DNA of 64,000 nt, taken from assembly GCA_030390025.1 (NCBI GenBank), contig CM059432.1, positions 48,796,001 through 48,860,000 on the forward strand, written 5' to 3'. This document shows positions 1 to 12,152 of this stretch, one piece after another. The DNA is from Squalus acanthias (taxonomy: Eukaryota). The notes beneath the pieces are model-generated. The model made no database searches and was not told the DNA's origin. It saw only the letters and a list, made by a program, of their open reading frames with translations. Positions within the stretch are counted from its first letter, which is position 1; each line of letters opens with the position of its first letter. Both the position numbers and the translations under genes were made by a program.

Positions 1-2071
1 GAACCAATTTTTACCCTGAGGGGGCAAGAGCTCTATTTGCCAAAAAAAAACCCAGCCATGGACAACTAAAGAGGTTAGAGATAGCATAAAACTAAAAGAA
101 AAAGCATACAAAAATGCAAAAAAATGCTCGATTCTGGTGAATGGAAAAGAGACAAAGAACAGCAAAGGGTGACAAAACAGATAGTAAGATCTACAAAAAG
201 GGAGTATGAAAAGAAACTTGCAAAGGATATCAAAATCAACACAAGAACTTTTACAATTATATTAGGAAAAAGAGGGTAGTCAGGAGCAATGTTGGCCCCT
301 TGAAAACTGATATCGCTGATACGGTCAATGGTAATAAGGAAATGGCGGACATGTTGAATAATTGCTTTGTGTCAGTATTTACAGTAGAGGAAGAGGATAG
401 CATGTCAAAAATCCCAAGGAAACTAATATTGAATCAGGGACAGGGACTCAATAAAATTAATGTAAGCAAAATAGCAGTAATGAAGAAAATAATGGCACTA
501 AAGAGTGACAAATCCCCAGGACCAGATGGTTTCCATCCCAGGGTTTTAAAGGAAGTCAGTGAACACATTGCAGATGCCCTAATTATAATCTTCCAAAGTT
601 CTCTCAATTCAGGAACCGTCCCTTTAGATTGGAAAATTGCACATGTCACTCCGCTATTTAAGAATGGCGAGAGAGGGAAACCAGGGAATTATAGACCAGT
701 TAGCCTAACATCTGTTGTTGGGAAATTACTAGAGTCTATAATTAAGGATAGGGTGACTGAACACCTTGAAAATTTTCAGCTGATCAGAGAGAGCCATCAT
801 GGATTTGTGAAAGGTAGGTCATGCCAGACAAACCTGATTGAATTTTTTGAAATGGTAACTAAAATAGTGGACAGGGGAATGTCTATGAATGTTATTAATA
901 TGGACTTCCAGAAGGCATTTGATAAAATCCCTCATAAGAGACTGTTATCTAAGGTTGAAGCCCATGGAAGTGAAGGCAAATTGTTGACCTGGTTAGGAAA
1001 TTGACTGAGCGGCAGGAGACAGAGAGTAGGGATAATGGGCAGGTAGTCTAATTGGCAGGATGTGTCTAGTGGTGTCCTACAGGGATCTGTGTTGGGGCCT
1101 CAACTGTTCACAGTATTTATTAATGACTTAGATAATGGCATGGAAAGCCACATATCCAAATTTGCCGATGACACAAAGATAGGCGGCATTGTAGGCAGTG
1201 TAGATGAAAGCATAAATTTACAAAGGGATATCAATAGATTAAGTGAATGGGTAAAACTGTGGCAAATGATGTCAATGTAGGCAAATGTGAGGTCATCCAC
1301 TTTGGACCTAAAAAGCAGGGTACTTTCTAAATGGTGAAAAGCTATAAAAAGTGGAGGTCCAAAGAGATTTGGGGGGTCTAGGTACATAAATCATTAAAAT
1401 GTCATGAACAGGTACAGAAAATAATCAAAAAGGTTAATGGAATGCTGACCTTTATATCTAGAGGACTAGAATACAAGGGGGTAGAAATTATGTTACAGCT
1501 ATACAAAGCCCTGGTTAGACCACACCTGGAGTACTGCGAGCAGTTCTGGGCACCACACCTTAGGAAGGATATAGTGGCCTTGGAGGGAGTGCAGCGTAGG
1601 TTTACCAGAATGATACCCGGACTCCAAGGGTTAAATCATGAGGAGAGATTACACAAATTAGAGTTGTATTCCCTAGAATTTAAAAGGTTAAGGGATGATT
1701 TGATCGAAGTTTTCAAGATATTAAAAGGACCAGATAGGGTAGATAGAGAGAAACTATTGCTGCTGTTTGGGGATTCTAGGACTAGGGGGCATAGTCTAAA
1801 AATTAGAGCCAGACCTTTCAAGGGTGAAATTAGGAAACACTTCTACACACAAAGGGTGGTAGAAGTTTGGAACTCTCTTTCACAAACTAGATCAATTGTT
1901 AATTTTAAATCTGAGATTGATAGCTTTCTGTTAACCAAAGGTATTAAGGAATATGGGCCAAAGGTGGGTATATGGAGCTCGGTCACAGATCAGCCACGAT
2001 CTCATTGAATGGCGGAACAGGCTCGAGGAGCTAAATGGCCTACTCCTGTTCCTACCTTCCTGTGTTCCTTG
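1..2071 (+). mobile_element. CR1-clade LINE (HER1-like), degenerate ORF2 with 3' tail; begins upstream of window
   Basis: ORF pieces 300-1004, 1062-1280, 1442-2008 carry [37 protein letters not shown] and LVRPHLEY motifs broken by stops/frameshifts; CR1-type 3' UTR (tggcctactcctgttcct) at ~2036-2071. Confidence 0.95.
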
Positions 2072-2480
2072 TAGGACACCACTAGTAACTTCCTCCCAAT
2101 TTGAGTTCATACCCATTATCCCTTCTCTCTGTCTTCTACTGCCTAACCAATCTCCTAACCAGGTCAATAATTTGCCTTCAATTCCATGAGCTTTTATTTT
2201 AGCTAACAATCTCTTACATGGAACCTTATCAAATGCTTTCTGGAAGTCCATATAAACTACATCCAAAGACATTCCCCTGTCTACTATTTTATTTAGTTCC
2301 TCAAAAGATTGAATTAGGCTCGTTAGACATGACCTACCCGTTACAAATCCATCTCTCCAGTCAGCTTAAATTTCTCAAAGTCAGTCTGTCCTTAATTATA
2401 GATTCCAATATCTTCCCCACAACAGACTAAGAGGTCTACAATTTCCAGGTTTATCCCCATCACCTTTCTTAAATAATGGA
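2072..2480 (-). mobile_element. CR1 LINE RT fragment, opposite strand
   Basis: Minus-strand ORF 1931-2272 reads [15 protein letters not shown]...EEVTSGVLQG. Confidence 0.9.
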
Positions 2481-3641
2481 GTTAAATGATAAAATGATTA
2501 TCCTGGACAGAAATAATGCAAACAGCTGGTTGTTTATCCTCTATTCCTTATCTATTGTACAATCTTGTACAAAATAGGGTGATAAAACTTCTATTCCACA
2601 TAGCTGGTTCATGGTCATACATATTTCCTCAAATGTAACTAGAGACATCGGACAAGAAAAGAAACCCAAAGGTACACTATTTGAATAGGAATGATTCAAG
2701 GATGCTAGACAAATGAATGTGTATTTCATTCCTTCCACCAAACAGAGAAACACAGACAGCTCGCTGACATATCGTCACAGAGGTCAATTTTAAAATTATT
2801 ACAATACTGGCAAGCTCTAAATTCCTAATAAAAATATATAATGTTGGAATTCTTATGATCTGAAACAGAATAGATGGATCCATCATCTTAATGTGTTCAT
2901 ATATCAATGAATTATTTGATGATATACTTCCAGAGCAGATGCAATGCCAGCAGAATCAATAAGAATCAGTACGTCCCATAAGCAGTATTGATCGTGAATA
3001 ACCTAGAACTTACTTCATTCAGTTCCAGCTGCCAGAAACCTAAAGATGAACCTCAGATGCTAAGAAGAAAATTATTGCCATAAGTATTTCATAACTTGGA
3101 AGATTGACGTGTTCCTTTTTAAGAGTTCTGTTTTAGTCGCTGGCGTCCAAGCAAATTTGCAATTTATTATCCTTTTTGTCAGCAATTACTAATGATTTAA
3201 CTCATTCTGTTGGCTCATCTAAGACCTCCATTGTAAAAGCTCAATTTTTTTGATTCATGACCTCTCCAATCTGAATGCACAGGTGGATAACTGGGTTAAT
3301 TTGTTTACCAGTATTCCCCTGGCAAATAACCAAGTCTTTGAATTCCTGTATGTGTTCCATGTGCTCTGTCACTTTAAGCTTGAACTGTAAGCACCCTTTT
3401 TATTCATTTGATTTTTTTCACAAGCTAAAATTGGCTGGACATCTATTGACATCACTACAAATGACAGGTTCAATTTGGCGTTTATATATGTGAGGCTGGC
3501 AACACATCTTCATTTCACTGGTATGTGTACTTCAGGTTATTCTATCACTTTTATCTAGCCTTTAAAATTTCAGTCTATTCCATAATCTCTTCTAATCTCA
3601 GTCAGACTTGTACTTAAGACTGTTTCATTCAATAATGATGC

Positions 3642-4070
3642 TACAACAACAACAACAACTTGTATTTTTATCGAACCTTTAACGTAGCAAAACGTTCCAA
3701 GGCACTTCACAGGAGTGTTATAAAACAAAATTTGACACCGAGCCACATAAGGAGAAATTAGGGCAGATGACCACAAGCTTGGCCAAAGAGGTAGGTTTTA
3801 AGGTGCGTCTTAAAGGAGGAAAGAGAGGTAGAGTGGTGGAGAGGTTTAGGGAGGGAATTCCAGAGCTTAGAGCCTTGGCAGCTAAAGGCATAGTCGCCAA
3901 TGGCGGAGTGATTAAAATCAGGGATGGTCAAGAGGCCAGAATCGGAGGAGCGCAGAGATCCCGGAGGGTTGTAAGGCTGGAGGAGATTACAGAGATAGGG
4001 AGGCCATAGAGGGATTTGAAAACAAGGATGAGAATTTTAAAATCGAGGCGTTGCTTAACCAGGAGCCAAT
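3642..4070 (-). mobile_element. L2-clade LINE 3' fragment
   Basis: (ACA)n tail on the plus strand followed by sequence matching the L2 3' ends at 41500-41906 and 43989-44770. Confidence 0.85.
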
Positions 4071-5949
4071 CTCCATTGACTTGCCACTACTACATTCACA
4101 TAAAATGGATTTTTTCCCCACAGCTTGCACTTGATTTTGCTTCGTTCTGTGTTTTGCACTGTGGTTATGTTTATGCTTGCCACATTTTCTGCATGTTTCC
4201 TAAAAGGCTGGGCAACACTTGGGCCCATCCTGCACTCCACTGCATACATTCAATTTAATTTTTTCTTCTTCAGTTCTGATTCAAAATAACATTACATTCA
4301 GCAATTTAACTTTTGCTTACAAACTGTATCTAGCAGACTGACTTCACCAGTGTGAGTCTAATCATCGGCAACTGTGCTAATTGACAGATTGATACTTATA
4401 AAATGTGCTCTCAACAGACAACTCGCCAATTTAGAGGCAGGAAATGGGGGTGGTGAGGCCATTGGTCAAGGGCATGCTGCAGCAGGTTACAGGGGGGCGG
4501 TGGGGGTGGTTGTCGAGAATAGAAAGAAGCAACACTGTGGAGCAGAACTGACAGCAGCAACTACATAAGCATTCAAATCCATTAAGATGGAAAACCAAAA
4601 GGACACCGTCAGAAAAATGTCTCCAAAAGCTCCATCCAGCTTTACCTGACAACAGTTGCGGATCCCTTTAAGCATAGCTGGATATGGCCATCTTCTGACT
4701 TGTCCATGGTTGGTAGGTGGGAGCAGGAACAGGCGGGTTGAGACAAAAATGGAATTGGGATCTAAATGAAGTAATTTCACCACTATTGTTTCAGGTGGGA
4801 GCTCTAGTCATCTGGATTCTAGTCCACCCAAAAATCAGAACTGACGCCAAAGCAGCAATAAGTTGGCACAACTAGCAGCTGCTTAATTTTGGTTCCACTA
4901 CAGTCCCATTTTTGAGTGCTATAACAAAGGGGCAGCACTGAGACAAATATTACCCCCTATATGTGGTGTATCTCGGAAAGTAATTTTTAATGATGAAATA
5001 CAGAGGACAACTCATAGGGACTTTTCTAGACAACCGAGTATCATTTTTAAGTACAATTTAATTAAATTTGAAATGGCAGGATCATAATTGTTGGAAGAAT
5101 TACTGAGTGAAAACTTTTTTGTAAAGAATTTTCAGGCCAGACTTCAATGTCAAGCAACTAAAGTTCTAGTTATTTTAATAATGTCAATCTAACCAAAATG
5201 CATTTGATACTAAACAAACCTTTTGTTTCAATTTGCACAGTTTCGGTTTTGCTCATAAGCGTAAGTGTCTGTACAATGTAAATAGCAAGCCCTCAGCTTT
5301 TCATTTGTACAGTTGTACAGAAATCAATTTCCAGAGCTAAGTCAATACTAAGCAAATCATGGCTGAATAAAGCTCAGGGACCTTAGGGATTTCATGGAAT
5401 AAAACTTCAGCAACAACAAATAATTCGTTAAATAGCAAGTTCAGGCAGTTCACGCCCAGGACATTACTTAATGAAAATGCAAGTATTCTTCATAGAGTAG
5501 CATTTACCAGAAAAGACTATAATCTGCTTTCTTTCACAGTTGAGTAAGTCCTTAACAATAAGCAAAACAAATAAGTAATTTAAAAGCTGTGCTTTCATAA
5601 CAATTACATTAACATTAGCGTATTTCCAATATAAACAGAGGAGCAATCTACCCATTATGTAGAAACAGAATTAGATAGAAAAAAATTAAAGTAAAGTACG
5701 ACTTTGTCTCCAGTACACTTAATTTTTGAAATAGTAAAATATAATGCATGGCAGACACTGTGACATATGTCTAGAGGAGTCCAGTGTTTCCATCCTGTTA
5801 CACCAATTGCCAAATATATGCATTCTCTTCAGATTTGTGCTAGAAGCTGAGTATTTGCCACCCTCCCTCTGAGGAAGCACTTCACCTCCACTCCGAACCC
5901 TTCCTAGTTCTGTGGCTGAAATCAGGAAACCGTGTTATGGAACCTCAGT

Positions 5950-6150
5950 AACAGCAACTTGCATTTATATAGCACCTTTAACATAGAGAAATGTCCAGAG
6001 GTGCTTTACAGAAGCATAATCAGACACTATAGGGGCAGAAACCTGAGGCGAGAGGTTCAAGCATGGAATTGAAGGGATTTAGGAGCTGAAAGCACGCTCA
6101 AGGACTTTGGAGAGGAAAGCCGTTTAGAAATGGGACGGTAGTTTGCAAGA
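5950..6150 (-). mobile_element. Highly degraded L2 3' remnant
   Basis: aacagcaacttgcatttatatagcacctttaacatag matches the L2 tail seen elsewhere in the window. Confidence 0.6.
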
Positions 6151-6474
6151 AAAAGTGTTTTGTGACTAGGTAATGGTGTGCCTACACATATTAGAACAAT
6201 TTTATAGTCATCAAATTACTGTGTGTGATATGATTGGCTGATAATGATATCATGCAGTAAACTTGAATCAGAAGATATTCACACATGGTAGAATTTATCC
6301 AGAAGAGACCATTTCAACTACTGCTAAAATCTGCATAAATACACATAACTTAGTATAAAAAAAGGATTTTGGTTTTTGAGGGGTGGCGTGTGATTTATTT
6401 TTCATTTCCTATCTTTATTCACAATAGCTGTGAAGAAGGACAATAATGATTCCCGGACTGAACTAAACGGCACA

Positions 6475-7138
6475 GGGCTGGAGTTTCCTCAATCCGACTT
6501 ACACCGCAATTTACGCCGGTTTCCCCATCGATCATGCCGATGGCAATTTATGCCGAACTTTCCTGAGAATCTCATTAGTATATGCTGAACTTAAAAACCG
6601 CCGTAAAGCGGAAATCAGTAGAAACAATCGGGCCCTGAGGAAAGCACGGAATATATGCCATCTATCTTAAGTCCAACTTTCTTATTGATGTTATGAAAAT
6701 TAAAGTTTGAAGCCATCAAACCATCATTTATGCACATTAAGCACAGCATGTTTAAGAAAATCAAATTGTAGAAACTTTTTGATTTTTAATGTAACAGATT
6801 CTGATGTCATAAAAGCATTCAAAGATACAAAAAATACAGTGCAGGTCTCAATAGGGAAAATAAACCACAAAAAAACCCAGAAAAAGTGACATCGGGACCT
6901 GCTGTGCCCAAAATTTTGGGTGTAAATGTATGCCCATTCAGAAATGGCGTAAATGTAGTAAACTCACATCTGTTTTTTTGCATGGGGAACAGAGCTATGT
7001 TAATGAGTTAAGTGGAGTTTTGTTGGACATAACTCGGGAGTGGTGCAAATGATCAAGGAAATTTGGATGTAGTGAGGTTCTGGCGTAAAGCCAGCGTAAG
7101 TCTCTTACGCGTGAAGTTCCTTGGAAAAAACCCAGCTC
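6475..7138. mobile_element. Probable non-autonomous DNA transposon (MITE)
   Basis: Imperfect terminal inverted repeats (gggctggagtttcc / ggaaaaaacccagctc) and repeated ttacgcc/ggcgtaa motifs; TSD not matched. Confidence 0.55.
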
Positions 7139-7161
7139 TTTCGCCGTTGTTGTGTGGAGAT

Positions 7162-7292
7162 TAACGTTCCCCCTAAGCTGCGCGGGTGCGCTGCCATCGG
7201 GTGGTCCCCCGCAGGCTACTCACAAGTTGGAAGAGAGACTGCGCAGCAAATTTAAAGAGACTGGGCACAAAAAAAAATTAGAGGGAATATTG
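7162..7292. mobile_element. 131-bp hAT-type MITE
   Basis: TIRs TAACGTTCCCCCTAA / TTAGAGGGAATATTG; perfect 8-bp TSD GTGGAGAT at 7154-7161 and 7293-7300. Confidence 0.85.
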
Positions 7293-7617
7293 GTGGAGAT
7301 GTGAGAAAATTTTGGGTCTGTGTGTTTATCAAGGTTTCACAACAATTGTCAGCTAATAAAAATCTTTTATCCTCAAACTGTAATGCTTAGTTCGTGCAAG
7401 TACAAATTTACAAAACTAACATTAGCACTCCTTACAATGTAGCTATTAAAAATTGTTTTTTTTGATATAACAGAAATTTTAGGTTAACTATCAATATTTA
7501 TAAATATGTTTTGCGCTTTATAATCAGCCTAATAATCAGCTGTATAATTTATATCACACTTAGCTCACTCTCCAGTACAGATCACTACATTTGATGATTT
7601 TACCAAAAGAATACATT

Positions 7618-8243
7618 GAGGGTGAAATTGGCCTTCAGCAGTAGCACAATATGGGCGATAGCGAACTGACAGGCCATTTTTTATTTTCTATTAAAGTCAA
7701 TGGAAAAGAAAATCAGGTTGGCTATAAAATGGGCTGCCCATTCATTATCACCCATTTTGTGCTAGAAAGAAAGACTTACATTTATATAGCACCTTTCACA
7801 ACCACCGGACATCTCAAAGCGCTTTACAGCCAATGAAGTACTTTTGGAGTGTAGTCACTGTTGAAATGTGGGAAACACAGCAGCCAAATTGCACGCAGCA
7901 AGCTCCCACAAACAGCAATGTGATAATGACCAGATAAACTGTTTTTGTTATGTTGATTGAGGGATACATATTGGCCAGGACACCAGGAATAACTCCCCTA
8001 CTCTTCTTCGAAATAGCGCCATGGGATCTTTTATGTCCATGGGGCCTCGGTTTAACGTCTCATCCAAAGGATGGCACCTCCGACAATGCAGCACTCCCTC
8101 AGCACTGCACTGGAGTGTCAGCCTAGATTTATGTGCTTAAGTCCCTGGAGTGGGACTATGAACCCACAACCTTCTGACTCAAGAGGTGAGTGTGCTACCA
8201 ACTGAGCCACAGCTGACACTTGACATAGACCAATTTCACCGCC
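7618..8243. mobile_element. PIF/Harbinger-like MITE interrupted by a SINE
   Basis: TIRs gagggtgaaattgg / ccaatttcaccgcc; 3-bp TSD ATT at 7615-7617 and 8244-8246. Confidence 0.75.
7764..8220 (-). mobile_element. tRNA-derived Deu-domain SINE (SacSINE1/AmnSINE1-like), full length
   Basis: tRNA-like head with A/B boxes on the minus strand (tggctcagttgg; gggttcatagtcc), conserved central body, L2-like tail; closely matches 9633-10104. Confidence 0.85.
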
Positions 8244-8826
8244 ATTTAGTCTATTTATTGTAAACCCCAGTGGTTTGTATAGTCACTGCTAATTGTCTTT
8301 AATATTTTTAAAATGTTGCTTGTTTCAATGTTAGGTGCATGACTGAATGGTTGAAATACCACAAGCATGTAGGTGTCCTTCAGCATAATTTGTTTCTTTG
8401 ACAGGTGTCTCCCTATGAGTGGTTGACTTGTTTGTCAATACAGTGTTGTGATAAAAGAGGCTAATCAAATGACATGAAAATCCCAAAGATTTAACACCTA
8501 CTTAAAGCAATCAAAAATACGGCCTGGTATTTCTTTTCTTATTTACAAAGGTTGCGTCATATATTTAGGATGTTGGTAATTTGATTAAGCAGCAAGATAT
8601 TTTAGATTAGATGTTAACAGCACTCTTGCAAATTCTGAAAGACACGGTGTTTAAAATAGTGGCAAACGTTTACCAGGAGTGAAATAAGAACACCAGTATA
8701 CTTAATTACAATGAGTTGGATCCAATTAAATTAATTAACACTACATATCTCAATCTGCTAAATGACATACAACACCAGTGCTAAATCCTGGTATAATTCT
8801 CGCTGTACCCCTCCAAAGCCAATATA

Positions 8827-10168
8827 ACTGGAATCCATTATTAAGGAAGTGGTAATAGGGCACTTAGAAAATCATAATATGATTAGGCAGAGTCAACATC
8901 ATGGTTTTATGAAAGGGAAATCATGTTTAACAAATTAATTAGAGTTTTTTGAGGATATAACTAGCAGGGTAGGTAAAGGGGAACCAAAGATGTAGTATAT
9001 TTGTATTTTCAAAAGGCTTTCGATAAGGTACCACATAAAAGATTATTATGCAAGATAAGGGCTCATGGGGTTGGGGGTAATATATTAGCATGGACAGAAG
9101 ATTGGTTAACGGACAGAATACAGACAGATGGGATAAACAGATCATTTTCGGGTTGGCAGGCTGTAACTAGTGGGATATACTGAGGAAGGATATACTTGCT
9201 TTAGAGACGGTGCAACAAAGGTTCACTAGATTGATTCCTGAGATGAGAGGATTGTCCTATGAGGAGAGATTGAGTAGATTGGGCCTATACTCTCAGGAGT
9301 TTAGAAGAATGAGAGTTTATCTCATTGAAGCATACAAAATTCTGAGGGGGATTGACAGGGTAGATGCTGAGAGGTTGTTTCCCCTGGCTGGAGAGTCTAG
9401 AACTTGGGGGCATAGTCTCAGGATAAGGGGTCGGCCATTTAAGACGGAGATGAGGAACAATTTCTTCACTCAGAAGGTTGTGAATCTTTGGAATTTTCGA
9501 CCCCAAAGTGCTGTGACTGCTGAATTATTGAGTCTATTCAAGACTGAGATAGTTAGATTTTTAGACTCTAGGGAAATCAAGAGATATGGAGATCAGGCGG
9601 GAAAGTGGAGCTGAGGTCAAAGATCAGCCATGAGTGTCAGCCAGTGGCTCAGTTGGTAGCACACTTGCCTCTGAGTCAGAAGGTTGTGGGTTCATAGTCC
9701 CACTCCAGAGACTTGAGTACAAAAATCTAGGTTGACACTGCAATGCAGTACTGAGGGAGTGCTGCACTGCTGAAGGTGCCGTCTTTCGGACAAGACGTTA
9801 AACTGAGGCCCCGTCTGCTCTCTTAGGTGGACGTAAAAGATCCCATGGCACTATTTCGAAGAAGAGCAGGGGAGTCATCCCCAGTGTCCTGGCCAATATT
9901 TATGCCTCAATCAACATAACAAAAACTGATTATCTGGTCATTATCACATTGCTGTTTGTGGGAGCTTGCTGTGCGCAACTTAGCTGCTGTGTTTCCTACA
10001 TTACAACAGTGACTACACTTCAAAAAAGTGCTTAATTGGCTGTAAAGCGCTTTGGGACGTCCGGTGGTTGTGAAAGGCGCTATATAAATGCAAGTCTTTC
10101 TTTTATGATCTTATTGAATGCCGTATGGCCTACTACTGCTCCTAATCCTTACGTTCTTATGTTCTTAT
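8827..10168 (+). mobile_element. CR1 LINE 3' portion with internal deletion and a SINE inserted in its 3' UTR
   Basis: ORFs 9001-9183 ([10 protein letters not shown]) and 9210-9614 (RFTRLIP...NLWN); tail resumes after the SINE and ends in (gttcttat)n. Confidence 0.9.
9633..10104 (+). mobile_element. Deu-domain SINE (SacSINE1-like), full length
   Basis: A box tggctcagttgg at ~9645, B box gggttcatagtcc at ~9688, Deu-like body, tail gcgctatataaatgcaagtctttc. Confidence 0.85.
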
Positions 10169-10460
10169 CTTTCCTGAGGTTTGGTGCCCAAAACTGAATG
10201 CAATACTCCAGATGGTGTCTGACCAAGGCTCCATACAACAGAAACATAAAGCTCCATACAACAGAAGTGTAACTTCCTCACTTTTTGTATTCCACCCCCC
10301 TTGAGCTAAAGACTAACATTCCATTATCCTTTTTGATTACTATTTTGTACCTGTGGAATGGGACGGAAACGTCGACATGGAGGATGAAAGAACACACTGG
10401 GAAAAGAAATGATTTAAAAGGAAACTTACTTATTGAAATAACCATATAAAATTATATAGG

Positions 10461-12152
10461 TGTAGAATTCGCAATATATCGCGATTTTATTAATAAGGAG
10501 AAGAACACATAGTTTCGTTCAAACAGCTTTTATTTCAGCAGAATGCTGTCAGGTTTTCAAAGTGGACACAAGCAGCTTGTAAAATGGCCGCCGCGCCTCG
10601 TGGCAGAACATTCTAGACTTTTCAACAGGCAGACAAGATGGCGTTCCAGTAAACATTTGTGCAAGATCGATTAAGACTCAGCACATTGAAGATAATACAC
10701 GAGACATCATGGGTTCACAGTATACACATAAATACTGAAATCGGTCTCCCAGGTGCGAATGAGGGCTGTTGTACCAAGTAATCAAGAACCCATCCAAAGA
10801 CATTAATATGTAAAATCCCAACGACCCTACGATGAGAGAGCCGTTAGCGGGTAGTTACAGAAAACACTTGGAAGCCCAAAACCCCTCCAGGGAGAACACC
10901 GACCGATTAAACAATGGGAAGAAATATTAACAGGTACTCAGACATTTACGAGTAGCCCCGAAACCCATTAAAACGAAGATCACCCTATACAAGACATTTG
11001 AGCGCCAAACCCTAACAAAAGAAAAGACATTAAGGTTGGGCGGGAAACGGAAGATTTTGCACTATAATTACAAGCTCCAAACCGTCCATCTTTCTCTTGA
11101 CTCTTTGACTCTTGACTCTTATTCGGTTGACTCTTATCTTGCTGGTGTTTATCCTCGTGGCTGCTCTTGACTCGCCGTCTTGTTCCTGCTTGCCTCGTGC
11201 CTCTTTTCAGAAGACTGTTGAACTTTACGATCCGCTCGGATCTACCTCGTGTCGTGTCGCGAAGACCTGTGTAGAACTGGGCTCTGAAGCCTTGAAGCGG
11301 GCGCACCATCCCGATAAGTCGGTAAACGGTGTTGGAACCGAAGGCCCGAGATGAGATGAGATGAGATGAGATGAGAAGAGAAGAAGACCATACTTATCGC
11401 CACGGTCAGTAAGCTCCGACCGCGCCTGTAGGTCGAATAGACATTTTCCTTGCCCAGGAAGACTCTTCTTTGAGTTTTATCGAACCGGTGTGAGGGCACA
11501 GGAAGACTCTTTTTTGAGTAGAGTCGGAACTCCGAGGACAACACAGATCTTCATGACAGCAGACGTTCCAGCCTGCTAGCCGGAGCAGAAACGAGTAAAC
11601 AAGTGGGGCCAGGAGACCCCCTGATCGACACGTGGGCGCTGCGGTGAAAAACATCCGATCAGAGTTTTCGGAATTCTCCGAGTTATCACGAGTGGTGAGC
11701 ATGAGTCTCGAATCCTACGAATCTAGCTTAGGACAGATATTGATAGGGGAGGGTTTTAAGTATTAAGGATAATTGTAATGTGTGCCCCCATTTACGATGT
11801 GTCGTTCGTTCCTCGTTTCCCCGAAATTAGTTACATAACTGCGTGTAAGATTGTACTGTCATTAATCTGTGCTTATGACATGTGTTTCGTAATCTTAAAT
11901 ATTATGCAATAAAGATTTTCCATTTCGTACCATTCAACCGAGTCTACCTGAGTTTCATCTCCATTACTGCTCTCGCATCTAAGTCCAGTGTCTAGAACCG
12001 TAAGGGCGAGTGGGTCGAACCACTCACAGGTGTGTCTAGTGCTCCCAGACTGGCTGGAGACCAGAACAGGCAACAAGGCCTAAACCCGCACTAGCACCCG
12101 GGCTGCACAGAGCCACGCGAATCTCACAGGCTGAGAGACAAAAACCCTTACA
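10461..12152 (+). mobile_element. Solo LTR (1692 bp), ERV- or Gypsy-type
   Basis: TGTA...TACA termini; perfect 4-bp TSD TAGG at 10457-10460 and 12153-12156; TATA-like tataatta at ~11063 followed by a pyrimidine-rich tract; AATAAA at 11908-11913; CpG-rich relative to flanks. Confidence 0.8.
11348..11376 (+). repeat. (GAGAT)n microsatellite within the solo LTR
   Basis: Five tandem GAGAT units. Confidence 0.95.

Larger units (their letters stand above)
8785..10355 (-). mobile_element. Old CR1 fragment split by a younger plus-strand CR1
   Basis: ctgtacccctccaaagccaatata (to 8826) continues as tctttcctgaggtttggtgcccaaaactg (from ~10168), the LEY-QFWAP region on the minus strand. Confidence 0.75.

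Noticed and set aside
4330..4960. Possible old MITE ending aaatattaccccc
   Set aside because: Matching left TIR and TSD could not be identified
10980..11702. ORFs inside the solo LTR, including a hydrophobic-leader 80-aa ORF
   Set aside because: Driven by pyrimidine-rich and microsatellite sequence; no recognisable retroviral accessory protein
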